Position numbers and translations under genes: made by a program. This document shows positions 23,125 through 34,885 of a stretch of DNA of 35,771 bases, one piece after another. Every line of letters starts with the position of its first letter. Position 1 is the first letter of the stretch. The DNA comes from Neodothiora populina (lineage: Eukaryota). The stretch covers positions 868,001-903,771 of the forward strand of contig NW_027191419.1 of assembly GCF_041146345.1 (NCBI RefSeq), written 5' to 3'. Below the pieces are notes generated by a model. It did no database searches and was not told the origin of the DNA. It saw only the letters and a list, made by a program, of their open reading frames with translations.

Positions 23125-25286
23125 ATGCATTCTGGAGGAGGTAACAGCGGTCATGACGCTTTGTCAAAGAGACGGGCGCAATTCGCAGGGCCGTCAGGTA
23201 TCAAGGGCATTCTACAGAATCCAAAGATCTTCGCCTTGGCTGTCTTTGCCTCGCTTGGTGGATTTGTATATGGCTGTAAGTAAAGAGGGCTTCTTTCTTG
23301 TTGTTATGTGTACTGATAAGAGCATTCAGACAACCAAGGTTTGACATCTGCATCTCGGTTTGCATGATGGCACTAACTCTGTATCTAGGAATGTTTGGAC
23401 AAGTCCTAAACATGCCATCTTTCGCAAACACAGTCCACCCAGAATCAATCACGAACACTACTTTGAGAGGATTTCTTACCGCGTACGAATATTGCAACCT
23501 TGACTGTGATCTCATGACTGACAGACATAGCATTCTCGAGCTCGGAGCGTGGGTTGGAGTTCTGATCAATGGTTATACTGCGGACAAGTTCGGCCGTAAA
23601 CTGGCTACCGTCATTGGTGTATTCGTCTTCTGCGTTGGTGTTATCGTTCAAGCATGTGCCAAGAATGCCGACTATATCCTCGGGGGACGCTTCGTCACTG
23701 GTCTCGGTGTCGGTATCTTGTCTATGATCGTTCCACTGTAGGTTTTGCCACTCTTACTCGATGAGATTCATGTTGACCATGTTCATAGTTACAACGCCGA
23801 ACTCGCCCCAGCAGAGATCAGAGGCTCGCTGGTATCGCTACAACAACTTGCCATTTGTACCGGAATCATGCTCAGCTATTGGATAGGTCAGTAAGCTCCC
23901 TCGTATGAAATACGTGGCTGTACTCATGGAGCTATCACAGGTTACGGAACCAACTTCATTGGAGGCACTGGTGAAACCCAGTCTAACGCCGCATGGTTGA
24001 TCCCAATTTGCATCCAACTCTTGCCAGCAATCATTCTCGGCATCGGCATCATGTTCATGCCGCAGAGGTGAGCTATGGCGCATGCTGTGGAACGCAGGCA
24101 ACTCTGCTGACATACGTGATAGTCCCCGATGGCTTGTTTCGAATGGTCAAGAAGAGGGCGCTCTCTCAGTTCTTGCTCATCTTCGAAGATCACCAGCTAC
24201 TAGCGAAGCTGTGCAACTAGAATTCCTTGAGATCAAAGCGCAGCATATGTTCGAGGTTGAAAGATCGATTGCCAAGTTCCCTAACTACCAGTCTGGCAGC
24301 TTCATGGACAACTCCAAGTTGGGATTCTACGACTATGCAAGCTTGTTGACTAACCAGTCTCTACGCAAGAGGGTCATGGTTGCAGTGTTGGTCATGGCTT
24401 TCCAGCAATGTATGTTCCGATGCTTCTGAGGATGATGTAGTTACTAATTATCGCAGGGTCCGGAATCAATGCCATTCTCTACTACGCAGCTTTCATCTTC
24501 AAGGACCTGGGACTGACAGGAAACACGACTTCGTTGCTTGCTTCTGGTGTTGGCGGAATCCTCCTCATGTTGGCAACCATCCCTGCAGTCCTTTATATCG
24601 ATCAACTTGGCCGTAAGCCGGTGCTCATCGCTGGCGCCATCGGCATGGGCATCTCACACATCATCGTTGCTGCGCTCTACGGGAGTTTTGGCAATAACTG
24701 GCAATCTCACGCCGCCGCTGGCTGGGTCGCCGTGGTGTTTGTATGGATCTACGAAATCAACTTCGGTTATTCATGGGGCGTGAGTGGAGATCCGCGCTGC
24801 AGATATCGTCCGGAAGAAGGTGCTGACTCGTTGTATAGCCTGGTGCATGGGTCCTTGTCGCAGAGGTTTTCCCGTTGGGAGTTCGTGCTAAGGGTATCTC
24901 TATTGGAGCTTCTAGTAAGTCAATTATATAGATACTCACGCTCGTCCCTCGAGACTGATTTCGATACAGGCAACTGGTTGAACAACTTTGCAATTGGACA
25001 AGCGACTCCAGACATGGTCAAGCACATGGGTTACGGAACCTTCATCTTTTTCGGCCTTATGTGCTTCTTAGGTGCAGCCTTCATCTGGTTTTTCGTCCCC
25101 GAGACCAAGAATCTTACCCTGGAGGAGATGGACGAGGTCTTCGGTGACGAAGCTGGAAACGCCACTGAAGATCGTGTAAGACTCGATAGGATCTATGGCG
25201 AGCTCGGACTTATCGAGACGAGTCCATCTCTGCACGAATATACCAAAGAGCCAAAGGTCAATGGGGAATTTGTTGAGCACAAGTAG
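23125..25286 (+). CDS. MFS sugar porter, possibly a pentose/xylose transporter, 10 exons: join(23125..23275,23330..23338,23389..23482,23531..23737,23789..23886,23941..24067,24123..24409,24457..24779,24839..24914,24970..25286)
   Basis: Nine GT-AG introns restore LGGFVYGYNQGMFGQVL, ADKFGRK, LGGRFVTGLGVG, LYNAELAPAEIRGSLVSLQQL, PQSPRWL, QQWSGINAILYYA, WGPGAWVLVAEVFPLGVRAKG, SNWLNNF and FVPETKNLTLEEMD. Frame appears intact. Confidence 0.93.
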
Positions 25287-25838
25287 GTTGCTCTGCTATG
25301 CAATGAATAATCCATCGCATGGCCTTAAGCAAATTCCACGAGAGTTACACAGATACTATCCATTCAACTCTGATAGCTTTACATTATCATTCAATCAATC
25401 TGATGCTCCGCGCAATTTGATTAACGCGATCGCATTTCAAATTTGAGCATATTTCGACGCGTGTGGTATAGATGTTCCAACAAATACAGCACCAATATTG
25501 TATCACTGATCACGCACACAAATCTCGACCTGGAACGACCGAAGACGGCGCAGTTCCTTGATGAACATTAGATGACCAAGGTCAGCTAATCTTGACTTTG
25601 AGAAAAGAGTGTCAGCCTAGCTTGGGCATTGGTTGCATCATACAGAAGTTGAAGAAGGCAATTCATAGCTGGAACAGAAGTCGCTAGTCAGACCAAAAGG
25701 AACGTCAGCACATTGCTACCCAGCATATATCAATAGACTGGGCCAATAAGATGTTTACAAAAAAAATTGCTATTCCCTGACACAGCTGCCCACTACGACT
25801 GCCTGCTGCCCAAAGGATGGGTCACATCTCGTTCTTCC

Positions 25839-27575
25839 TTAATTGGCTTTGTCAGGAGCAGCAGCAATATATTTTCGCCACATAGGGTTCAAGATATAGA
25901 TTGAGATTCCTAGCAGAAAGATACCGACGTAAATGGCGAAGAGGATCATCAAAGCTTCGAGGTAACTGTACGCGTTGACCATGGGTACGATACTATAAGA
26001 AGATCCAAACGAAATGATGTTCTTAGCACCAATCGCCACAACTAATGCAGGGCCTGGGTTCTTCAGTTAAGCTTCCGAGCCGAAGTGAGTGGTAATGATG
26101 AGGACAACGATGAATGCAAATTCGTAGTGAGTCCAGCCTGTATGTGGTGTCAGTATCGTTGCCACGATGAAAGTGCTGAACATGACCTACCCATAATGAT
26201 GCCCCAAACAGAGTGCCTTTTTGGATACATGGCTCTAATTGCGAAGATAATGATGCCGACAGCACCGATAAAGAGTGGTACGATGAGCTGAAGGAGTGTA
26301 TCCTCAGGCTGATGGATTCCCTGGCGATGTTTCGCTAACCAGAGGTTCAATTTATCCCCAACCCAGCCGGCATAGAACATAGCAGCAAGACTGACGAGAA
26401 AAGTTCCTATACTAACGAGGCCCACAGACTCCTGAGACCAGCCAAACGAGGTTGTAAGGATCGTTCCGTACACCAAAGACATAGTGATGCCCTGATAGAG
26501 AATGTCAAGATGGCATACATGACTGCAGGAGAGCTGTAAGCTTTCAGCATTCCAAGATTGGCTCCAATACCCAATATCAATGCATTCGGCGCAGTACCGC
26601 TGATTGGATTCCGACGCTGCAGATATAATTTAGGTCTTAGAACTCCGTTAGTGGCCTGTCGGTATAGATCAGACCTCTCGCGCGCTTCGGCCTCGGACAG
26701 GACGTGAGTGATTCCCACTCGTCGGTATCAACAATTTGGCCATTCATAGAAGCACTTAATCGCGTATGTCTTGTTTCGGTGAGGAAGAAAGATCCAACGA
26801 CCAGACCAATGCCTGCGAATATCGAAAGGACCAGTGAAACCATCTTCAAGTAGCGTCGCTGGCTAGATAGGATGAGCTGATGAGAAAAGCGGTATCGATG
26901 AGATTTTGTGCTCCCCAGTAGATACCGAATTAGAGACCACGCTCGTCCAAGAAAGACATATCGGTGATGATCAGAGGCAAAACCGATTTGGTAGACCCTG
27001 CAGCAGTACCCTGAAGGATGCGACAGGCCATATGAATATTGTATGAGTTGCTTACCCCTGCGCCAAGCGTGGAACCGAGCAAAAGCAGACAGCATCCCAG
27101 AAAAATTGATCGTCTTCCAAACATCATGGACAATGGAAGAATGAGAAAGCTACGTTCATGGAATGTCAGATTTTGGGAATGACACAGAAGAAGATAATCG
27201 GAGAGGCTCACCAAGTGCCACGACCACACTAGGGTAGATAATGAGACTGACGACTTGCTGAACTGATTGGCCCTGCGGAGCGTAGAGGGTAATGAAACTC
27301 CCGAGTAATGGGCCTAATCCGCCCACGAGAACAAGGGAGAAGATAGAGAACCAGCAACAACAAACCGAGATGCCCAGCTTTATCCATTTCGAGAAGTTCA
27401 AAGGATCGTTGGGATCATCCGACGCAGTAGGATCGCGTCGCACCTCACCGATTGTGTTGACGAGTTTAACATTTCCAGAAGTACTATGCTTGGAGGAGTC
27501 GTTCTTTCCATCGCCCTGCAACTCTACTTGCATCGTATCCATCGCCGAATTCTCGTGTTCGATGCTCGAAGTCAT
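25839..27575 (-). pseudogene. MFS transporter (DHA1/HOL1-like) pseudogene
   Basis: Fragments PTASDDPNDPLNFSKW, LPLSMMFGRRSIFL, RILQGTAAG, IITDMSFLDERG, GWVGDKLNLWLAK...PE and AKNIISFG lie in different frames. In-frame TAA at 26930-26932, TGA at 26846-26848 (in *RWF, expected WRWF), and several frameshifts between about 26480 and 26835. Confidence 0.85.
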
Positions 27576-27771
27576 GGCAGCGACCTATATTTGTAATAAA
27601 AAAAGCCAGCAAGATACTGCAAATCTGAGGAGTGGCCACTTGAGGAGAGGTATCATAATGGCTCGCTACCGGGCGAGACAAGCATATTGATAATGCAGAC
27701 CGAGTGCGTCGACCCGAGTGTTCGGTGTATAACAAGATGATCGTTGAACTCTATGGGGAAGCATAGTCCAA

Positions 27772-28585
27772 ATGTGGAGATGGAGAACTGTGCACTTTTG
27801 GTGGACCGCCTATTGCATCGAGCGCATGATAAGTCTGGAAACCGGGCGCCCCTCCCATATCTACGATGATGATATGGAGCAAAAGCAGCCGCTCGAATCT
27901 ACTTGTAGAGAATCTGTGGAGTCGCTTAAAACACTGGTTGGACTCGCTAGGATACAGGGGCGTGTCAGCATACATTCTTCTGGCCAAGGAAATCCCATGA
28001 GTGAGCAAGTTCTTGAGACTCAAAGTGAGCTGGACCAGTCTCTAATAGAGTGGCAAAGGCGTCTCTCAGCCCGATTCGACCTGATGATAGCCTGATTGAG
28101 GACGATAGAGCCTTCACTGTGTCACGCGCGTTTGTGGCAATACAATTCCATGCGGCCATGATCAATTTACACCGTGGAGCGCTTCTGCTGGACAAACAGA
28201 TTTATCTATCACACATTGACAGGAACCAGGCCATCCGCTAAGGTTAAAGTCGAGCGAGATGATTTGCGCCGGATCTTCAAGGCTACAGATAATGACTGGC
28301 CTGCTGATGGCGGTCTGTGTGCTTGCTATAAGTACCTTGGAGAATCCAAGTTCCTGGTCAATCCGGTCCGACCTTGGCTTGATTCAGTTGGCTGCAGATG
28401 CAGTGAAGCAAAGATGTTGTGCGGATGGGCAACATCCAAGCTTCTATACAATTCTCAAGAACTTGAAACACTTCGCGGCGCAAGATATGCTCACTTCCTG
28501 TCTCGCAGCCGTCAAGGCTGTGCAAACAGCGAGAGATTCACCCCCGATGATAGAATCGTTGATGGGTTCAACATCAACAAAATAA
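27772..28585 (+). pseudogene. 5'-truncated fungal-specific transcription factor remnant (Fungal_trans / middle homology region)
   Basis: FWWTAYCIERMISLETGRP, LVGLARIQGRV, ELDQSLIEWQ, then other frames IQFHAAMINLHR and LLMAVCVLAISTLENPSSWSIRSDLGLI. No Zn2Cys6 domain in the roughly 200 bp separating it from the MFS start. Confidence 0.72.
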
Positions 28586-28637
28586 TGAGCGGAGCGAAAC
28601 TACTGCAGAACTGATCTTCGGCGTACTCGACACCATT

Positions 28638-29645
28638 GGCAATGTTTCCATGAACATTGATATGGATGCGAACAAATATGGAGCAGATCGAATTGTCTAC
28701 CATTTACCATCGGCCAGACCTTCACAATGCCTTAAAGCAAGCAGCACTGTCGACCGACCATCCAGGCTTCCCTGTCCAAATATCAACGTCATCGAAGGTC
28801 ACCGACTGTGATTGCGACCAATAGTGGGTTGTGTTAAAGGATGGCACAACTTACCAAGCTGACTTGTTGATTGGTTTGGACAGCATACACAGCGTCATCA
28901 GAGGCTCTGTGGTAGCAGACACGAGCGGCCAGCAGATTCAGCCGCAAGAAACTGGTGCCTCGGCCTGACGCTTCCTGGTGAACATGTATAGCATACCAAA
29001 GCTTGACGTACCTCCAAGTCTTTTGGACCCTCGCGTACTGGCTACAACTCTTATGTTGGGGCATGACCGACGAGTGATAACAGGGCCTGCGCGTGACGGA
29101 GAAGTACTTGGCCTCATCGCCATGGTTCCCGGCGAGCACATGGATGAGAAAAGTACCGGGAACTCGTGGACGTCACCTAGGTCGTTGCAGAAATCGACTA
29201 AGACGCACCATGATTTCCAGAGTGGGTACGTGCGATATTTCAGCAAGCACCCGACATCGCGTTATGGCAACTTCGTGATATTGACGCTTTGCCTTGTTGG
29301 GTCAAAGACCGCACGATTATCATTAGTGATGCTGCTCATGCAATGTTACCTACGCAGGGACAGGGTGCTAGCCAAAGTATCGAAGACGCAGAGGCCATTC
29401 AGGCTTTCTTCAATGATATCGTTGCAAAACCTTCGCTACTCGAAATTGAGGCGAGACTTGCTGGAGTGTTCGAAGCCAGTCATCAGCGGGCAAGTCTTAT
29501 TCAAGCTTACAGTCGCCAACAGGCCAGAGCAGCCACAGAGAAGTCGAGTACATCGATTAATCTGAACCCGGCAGAAGTTATGGACTACAACTGTAGGTAC
29601 CCCGGAGCTGTTGATTGGCTGGCCCAGCGGAAGGCAAAGTCTTGA
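28638..29645 (+). pseudogene. FAD-dependent monooxygenase (salicylate hydroxylase-like) pseudogene, 5'-truncated
   Basis: Reconstructed KYGADRIVYH/RPDLHNALK, ADLLIGLDSIHSVIR, SA*RFLV, LWQLRDIDALPCW, IISDAAHAMLPTQGQGASQSIEDA. Lesions: 7-nt duplication 28704-28710, TAG 28822-28824, TGA 28966-28968, frameshift near 29216, Gly-to-Ser in both the DG and GD motifs; no GxGxxG found. Confidence 0.85.
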
Positions 29646-30477
29646 AAAGCTTGGTTTATGGTTGATCATCTCATTATGATAAATTGCCCGGAGACCGGGC
29701 TATCACAACAGATAAATAGACTAGTCCAATTCTAGCTGGGTAGCATCGGCATACCCTAGGACATCGATGAAAGCCATTACCAACAGCTGTAATTCTCCTC
29801 GGATGACCACAGCAAGCCAAAAGGAGTAAGATCGTTGGAGCAATCAACGAGATTCAATCACACGTAGCTATTGCTAGCTCGAATGGCGTTCACGACTCTT
29901 GGTACGGTAGCCCTACGCAGAAATTACTCCGCGGCTGTCCATAAGTAGAATCAGCACTGTAGGAAGAGCTCATAATCACATCGAAGATGGGATTGAAAGT
30001 AGCTTCTAAATGGTCATATGATATGCCACTGGGCGCGAGGCCAGAGTTTCGCAAGAGAAGGCCATCCTATTTCAATCCTGTGCGAAGCCGAACTGAACGG
30101 TCAAAACCCTGGTCAAAGGCAGCGCAGCCGGGAAAGTATTCAGTCAAAGCTATCAGAAGGAGTATGTATGGGTGTCGTACGGCTAAGTCAGGACGTAAAG
30201 CAAAAGCCGTACGCTATCATGGAGATGGATATCTGGACAGCACTAGTCCTTTCGTAGGCTTCCTATATACGCTGTTACTTCCGGGAATCCGTGACGTCGG
30301 AACTGGAGGATTGATGCGCTTGAGACGAAGATTGGCATTCCATCCTGATCACTAGCAATAGTACTATGCTATGCCTTAGCGAAGTCGCCGAGCCCCCATC
30401 GCATGGCTCTGGTCCAAAACTACCCAACATCGATTTCATCCTTATCGAAAAGTCGTATTGAGTCCTCTCGGCGACCC

Positions 30478-31938
30478 TTACACGTAATCTGTGGTAGTAG
30501 GGTTCATTGCGTAGCGATTCCATATCTCGTCAGTCATCATGCGTGACCATGCGTCGTCTGAGAGATCGACGAGCATTTCCACAGTTCCTTCCGGAGCATC
30601 GGGCGGACAAGGCAAAATGATCTGGAAGCCGGAGCAGACGCCATGCGCTGGGAAGCGTACAGCTTTGAGATGATGACCAAAGGCAGGACCCCACTCGATG
30701 TTGTAGTAATCGAACTCTCTCCAATTACTCTGAAGTACATTGGCGCCTGGCATATCAAGGAAAGCAATTCCAGCAAGACGGTTAACATCGTCCATGTTCT
30801 CAATGTAATGTGCCAATTCATCGTGATAAGACTTATCGCATTTGGCCACAGCTTGTCGCACTGAAACAGCTAGATCGGCGAGTGATGCTGTGTCAGGGGA
30901 GAGCACATGCGAGAGAGGCAACGCGATCGCAGCGTACCCCAGGATGTTACCCAGTGTGTGAGGGTGGATTGTTTCATGGGCACGGCGCCGCGCATCCAAA
31001 GCAACCTGGGCAACTGAGTGCTTATCAGCAGCGATTGTCGAGTGATCAGACTGTTCAGCCCGTTGGACAGATCTCCAGAGTAGAGCTGTAAGAACATCGT
31101 TGGTAGTGACGAATTCAGGCAATTCGGCGGCGGGGATTTTGTCCTTCAGCAATCGTACGTTGCGAGGTGCACACTCCTCTTTAAGAGCCCTAATAGCCTC
31201 TGGTGTGAAACGGAACACATGTGCGTGGTGTTGCGCCTTTGTCAAACCGTCTGGTAGGCCTTCTGGAGTAAAAGGCAGATGGACAAACTCCAGATGCTCT
31301 TGAGCAAAGTTGGCGCAAGCGCGGTCTTTATTGCTGCGGAGTAGCTTTGCACGATCCGTGATGGGAATTTCGGCAGCCTGATGGATAGAAAGACCTTGGG
31401 CACGGCGTACATCCTCAGCAAACAGTTCGATGAATTTCCACATAGTCGTGCCATCGGCGAAGGCATGGAAGCATAGGTGGTTGAGGAGTAGACCGCCCTT
31501 GATGAGGTTGGCCTGCATCATGTTTGTCGGAAGCCTGTCGACACCGAACGTTGGCCACTCTCCATTGCGCCCACGAAGGCACAACTTCTCAGTGTCCATG
31601 CTAGCATTTGGGAAGTTCTGTGCTTTCAGCTGCGCGAACGAAGGCAAACCTGGGTCACTGCGGTGGTCTTTCACCACAAAATCTACGATCTCACCCTCGC
31701 GGTAAGGTTGAAGCTTGAGCATGCCTGTTGGCTTCACATCCGGGCCTACAGGCACTGCCTCAGTGCCGACCATGGGTGTTCTTTCCTTGAAACTGGCCCA
31801 CGCAGATTTGAGTATCGACGTTATGTGGCTAGCATCATATTCCGAATCGAGTTCGAGACAAAGCATATCGCGGATCCATCCTTTTGGTCCAACCTGTTCT
31901 AATGCCAGGAGGACTGGTGCTTGTTCGATTCCACCCAT
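30478..31938 (-). CDS. CoA-dependent O-acyltransferase, Transferase family (Tri101/BAHD-like), about 486 aa
   Basis: HxxxD motif FHAFADG after QANLIKGGLLL; TNDVLTALLWRSV; LDARRR...LGN; DFGWG-equivalent NIEWGPAFG. First in-frame ATG at 31938; uninterrupted ORF. Confidence 0.9.
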   Translation of the reverse strand: MGGIEQAPVLLALEQVGPKGWIRDMLCLELDSEYDASHITSILKSAWASFKERTPMVGTEAVPVGPDVKPTGMLKLQPYREGEIVDFVVKDHRSDPGLPSFAQLKAQNFPNASMDTEKLCLRGRNGEWPTFGVDRLPTNMMQANLIKGGLLLNHLCFHAFADGTTMWKFIELFAEDVRRAQGLSIHQAAEIPITDRAKLLRSNKDRACANFAQEHLEFVHLPFTPEGLPDGLTKAQHHAHVFRFTPEAIRALKEECAPRNVRLLKDKIPAAELPEFVTTNDVLTALLWRSVQRAEQSDHSTIAADKHSVAQVALDARRRAHETIHPHTLGNILGYAAIALPLSHVLSPDTASLADLAVSVRQAVAKCDKSYHDELAHYIENMDDVNRLAGIAFLDMPGANVLQSNWREFDYYNIEWGPAFGHHLKAVRFPAHGVCSGFQIILPCPPDAPEGTVEMLVDLSDDAWSRMMTDEIWNRYAMNPTTTDYV

Positions 31939-33395
31939 AGTCGAAACCAACTACCTTGATAAAGAACAAGAGACTAGCTCGAAATTTATCCAAAAAAAAT
32001 AAAGGGAAGAAGGTCACTGAGAGTCGTTGATAGTTGTGGTATTGCACTGCTAAATACTTGACACAATCTCTCGCATTTGATCTTGAGACATGGATCTTCA
32101 AACTCAACTTGATGATCGAGCATTGGACGGGCTGCTACTCTTCTGATAGCGTTAATTGTTTGCGAGATTAGAAAGTGGGACCTCTCATTGGTAAGTCTCA
32201 GACAGCAATATATAATGGTCGACATATGGGGAATCTGCTAATGCTCATCAACAATAGCATGCTTTTCAAGTGTCAGATGGCGGTAGAGAGATAGTGAGGA
32301 GCAGATCCGTGCCAAGTGCAGGACTACGTACGATTAATATATATCTACCCTTGGACGTGCCCTTAATGTATCACGCCTTTCCGTACAGAGAGCGGTACAT
32401 AGCGATCGGTAGCACGATGGCACGGACCGGCCCCACTACAACTTTTCGAAAGTCTAATTCTCGGCTCCTCTTGCGTCGATCGACCCAACCTGAACGAAGT
32501 TCATATGATCCCCTATTATCGTTTAGGTGTCAACTGCGCAACGTGGCATACTGTGGTTGCTGCTGAGACTAGCTCAATGGCAATGTTCCTAGCCTTTCAA
32601 ACTTAAGTTGTGACCAACACCTGTTAAAGCAGGTGCTTAGCATGTGGGAGGGGCAGAAACTATCCCAACAGCATAAGAGCGCTGATTGGTTATACAGATG
32701 TATGCATTAATGTAACAAGATTTGTTCATCTGCCTTAAAAGTAAGGAACGCGTCGGTCGGAAGGATGTCGTATCAGTTCCAAAGTGTCGAATGAAAGACA
32801 TCCTTTCCAGTGTTCCACACCAAGTATCAGTGGGAAGTGGAGTAGTTCGACAGAGCGCGGACTGTAAGATCATCGTAGTCTACTAAACCTTGTACTCCAG
32901 AAGAAGTCTCTATCGATATTTTGTTAAGTTGAGTGCTTACACAGGCCTTGACCTCTCCTCTCGGCTATAGTCTGTCACTGGAGTGTTCTTGATGGTCGCG
33001 ATGGAATCTACATTAAACAAAACGACCCCTGATTCCTGCAGAGTCCTCTCGCAAAAATTCTGCTTGCTGGTGATCTCATGGAAGGCTCATAAGGCTGGAC
33101 ACTGCTCCACAGAGTCATGTGAATTTGTATCTCTTTGGTCAATATATATTCAGCTACTGGGCCACATTAGTACCAGAAATTTGGTGTTCCGAGGCTGTGC
33201 TAGATATGAACCTGATTTGACCAAACATCCCCTGATACCAGTGAACTTGGCGAGACCGGAGCTGAAAGCCACAAACGACCTTATACTCGGGAGGCGCTGA
33301 CATACTCGATACGTCCGCATCGATTCAATTGTTGTTGCAATCCGAAGACGCCGTTTCAGTCTGCTCTAGGTACAACACACTTCGGTGGACGTAGA

Positions 33396-34885
33396 ATGTC
33401 GCGGATTGATCCTATTATCGAAGCCGCGTTTGGACCAGTCCCGGAGGGACTCGACCTAAGTGGCTCTAATACAGTGGAATACGACCTTGTCTCGTGTGTG
33501 GTTCTTGGGCTTGCAACTGCAGCGGTCGCCCTACGATTTTACGTCCGAGCCGCACACAATGCACAGCAGAGAAACCTGGGTATCGATGACCATACTATAC
33601 TCCTCAGTCTTGTAAGATCGAAGTCCCATATCTTCCGCGCTACAAACCCTCCCGACTCGTATAATCGTACTAATTGCTGGGATTGTACAGTTCTGCACTG
33701 GAGCTCTTGTTGCTACAACTGTTATTGGTGAGCATCCCCATCCCCCCCATCGACCCGCCCACAACCCTCTGCACCATGATCGCAACCCGACACTCTCTAT
33801 GAGACCCTGCTGACACAAAATGTACTATAAGCTGGCAAAAATGGATCAGGGACCCATGTGTGGTCGATGAATCATTATCGGCTTACAACCCTTCTAAAGG
33901 TAGCGTGTCGCTCTGCACTGCTTCCAGATGTGCTTGAACACTTATGTTAAAACTCTCCCAGATCGTCTACGCCGAGCCGTATGTCTACGGCGCAGCCGTC
34001 TCATCGACTAAAATCAGTATCCTGCTGCTATACCGACGACTATTTTTTGTGCCAAGCAACACGATAATCAAAACCGACCTCGTGTTTCCCATTATGTTTT
34101 GGATCGCCACATTCTTCACATGCACTTACCCTATCATTTTATGGACTGTCATGGCTTGTGCCTGCCGTCCCATCAATTTCTATTGGGAACAGTATACCGG
34201 AGCTAAAGATGGCTTTTGCATCGATGTCCTACAGTTTTATTTGATATTCGGCATCATCAACATGGTGAATGATGTTATTATCTTGGCCGTGCCTATCCCG
34301 AGAATATTGAAGCTACAGATGAATACTAAAAAGAAAGCATCGATAGTAGGAGTTATGCTGCTGGGTAGTTTGTGAGAACATTGCTGTCTCCTTTATTTTC
34401 AAAAGCTAATAAGACTTAATATCAGTGTCTGCATTGCCAGCATCGTCCGCATTTACTATCTCCACAAGCTGACGACAGACATAGACATGTCCTACATCCT
34501 GGGCCCAGGGTTTGGATGGTCTAGTCTTGAACCATCGGTCGCAATAATCTCGGCTTGCTTACCGACCTTTGCGCCACTTTTTGTAGGCCTCAGGAACAAG
34601 GGATCTAGCAATAACACCGGCGACAAGATCAATAGTAGTACTGGCTATCTACGTAATGATCCACGTAGTAATCACATACGTCTCGACAATTTCGACAAAC
34701 CGGATTTGGGCTGTATGCATGGGGAGTCTCAGTTCTACATCGAGGACGGTGACGAGGTGCACTTGACAGACAATAACAATTTTCGGGAAACTTTGAGCCA
34801 GGATTCAGACAATTCTGAGCAAGGGAACAACATCATGGTAAAAACACAAGTTCAGATTGTGACGACGGATTCCACGATTCGTTGA
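33396..34885 (+). CDS. Pth11-like integral membrane protein (fungal rhodopsin-like domain, no CFEM), 5 exons: join(33396..33611,33691..33727,33832..33899,33962..34371,34426..34885)
   Basis: AVALRFYVR, LGIDD, GSGTHVW, KISILLLYRRLF, CRPINFYW, NDVIILAVPIP, LGSFVCIASIVR, WSSLEPSVAIISACLPTF; four GT-AG introns restore one frame. Confidence 0.9.

Noticed and set aside
14913..29645. RIP as the main cause of the pseudogenes
   Set aside because: Only some changes fit TpG-to-TpA (the GH3 TAG); others are TGG-to-TGA or indels, and the region is neither AT-rich nor evidently duplicated.
29987..30355. 122-aa and 79-aa plus-strand ORFs
   Set aside because: No recognisable homology; they lie just downstream of the convergent acyltransferase.
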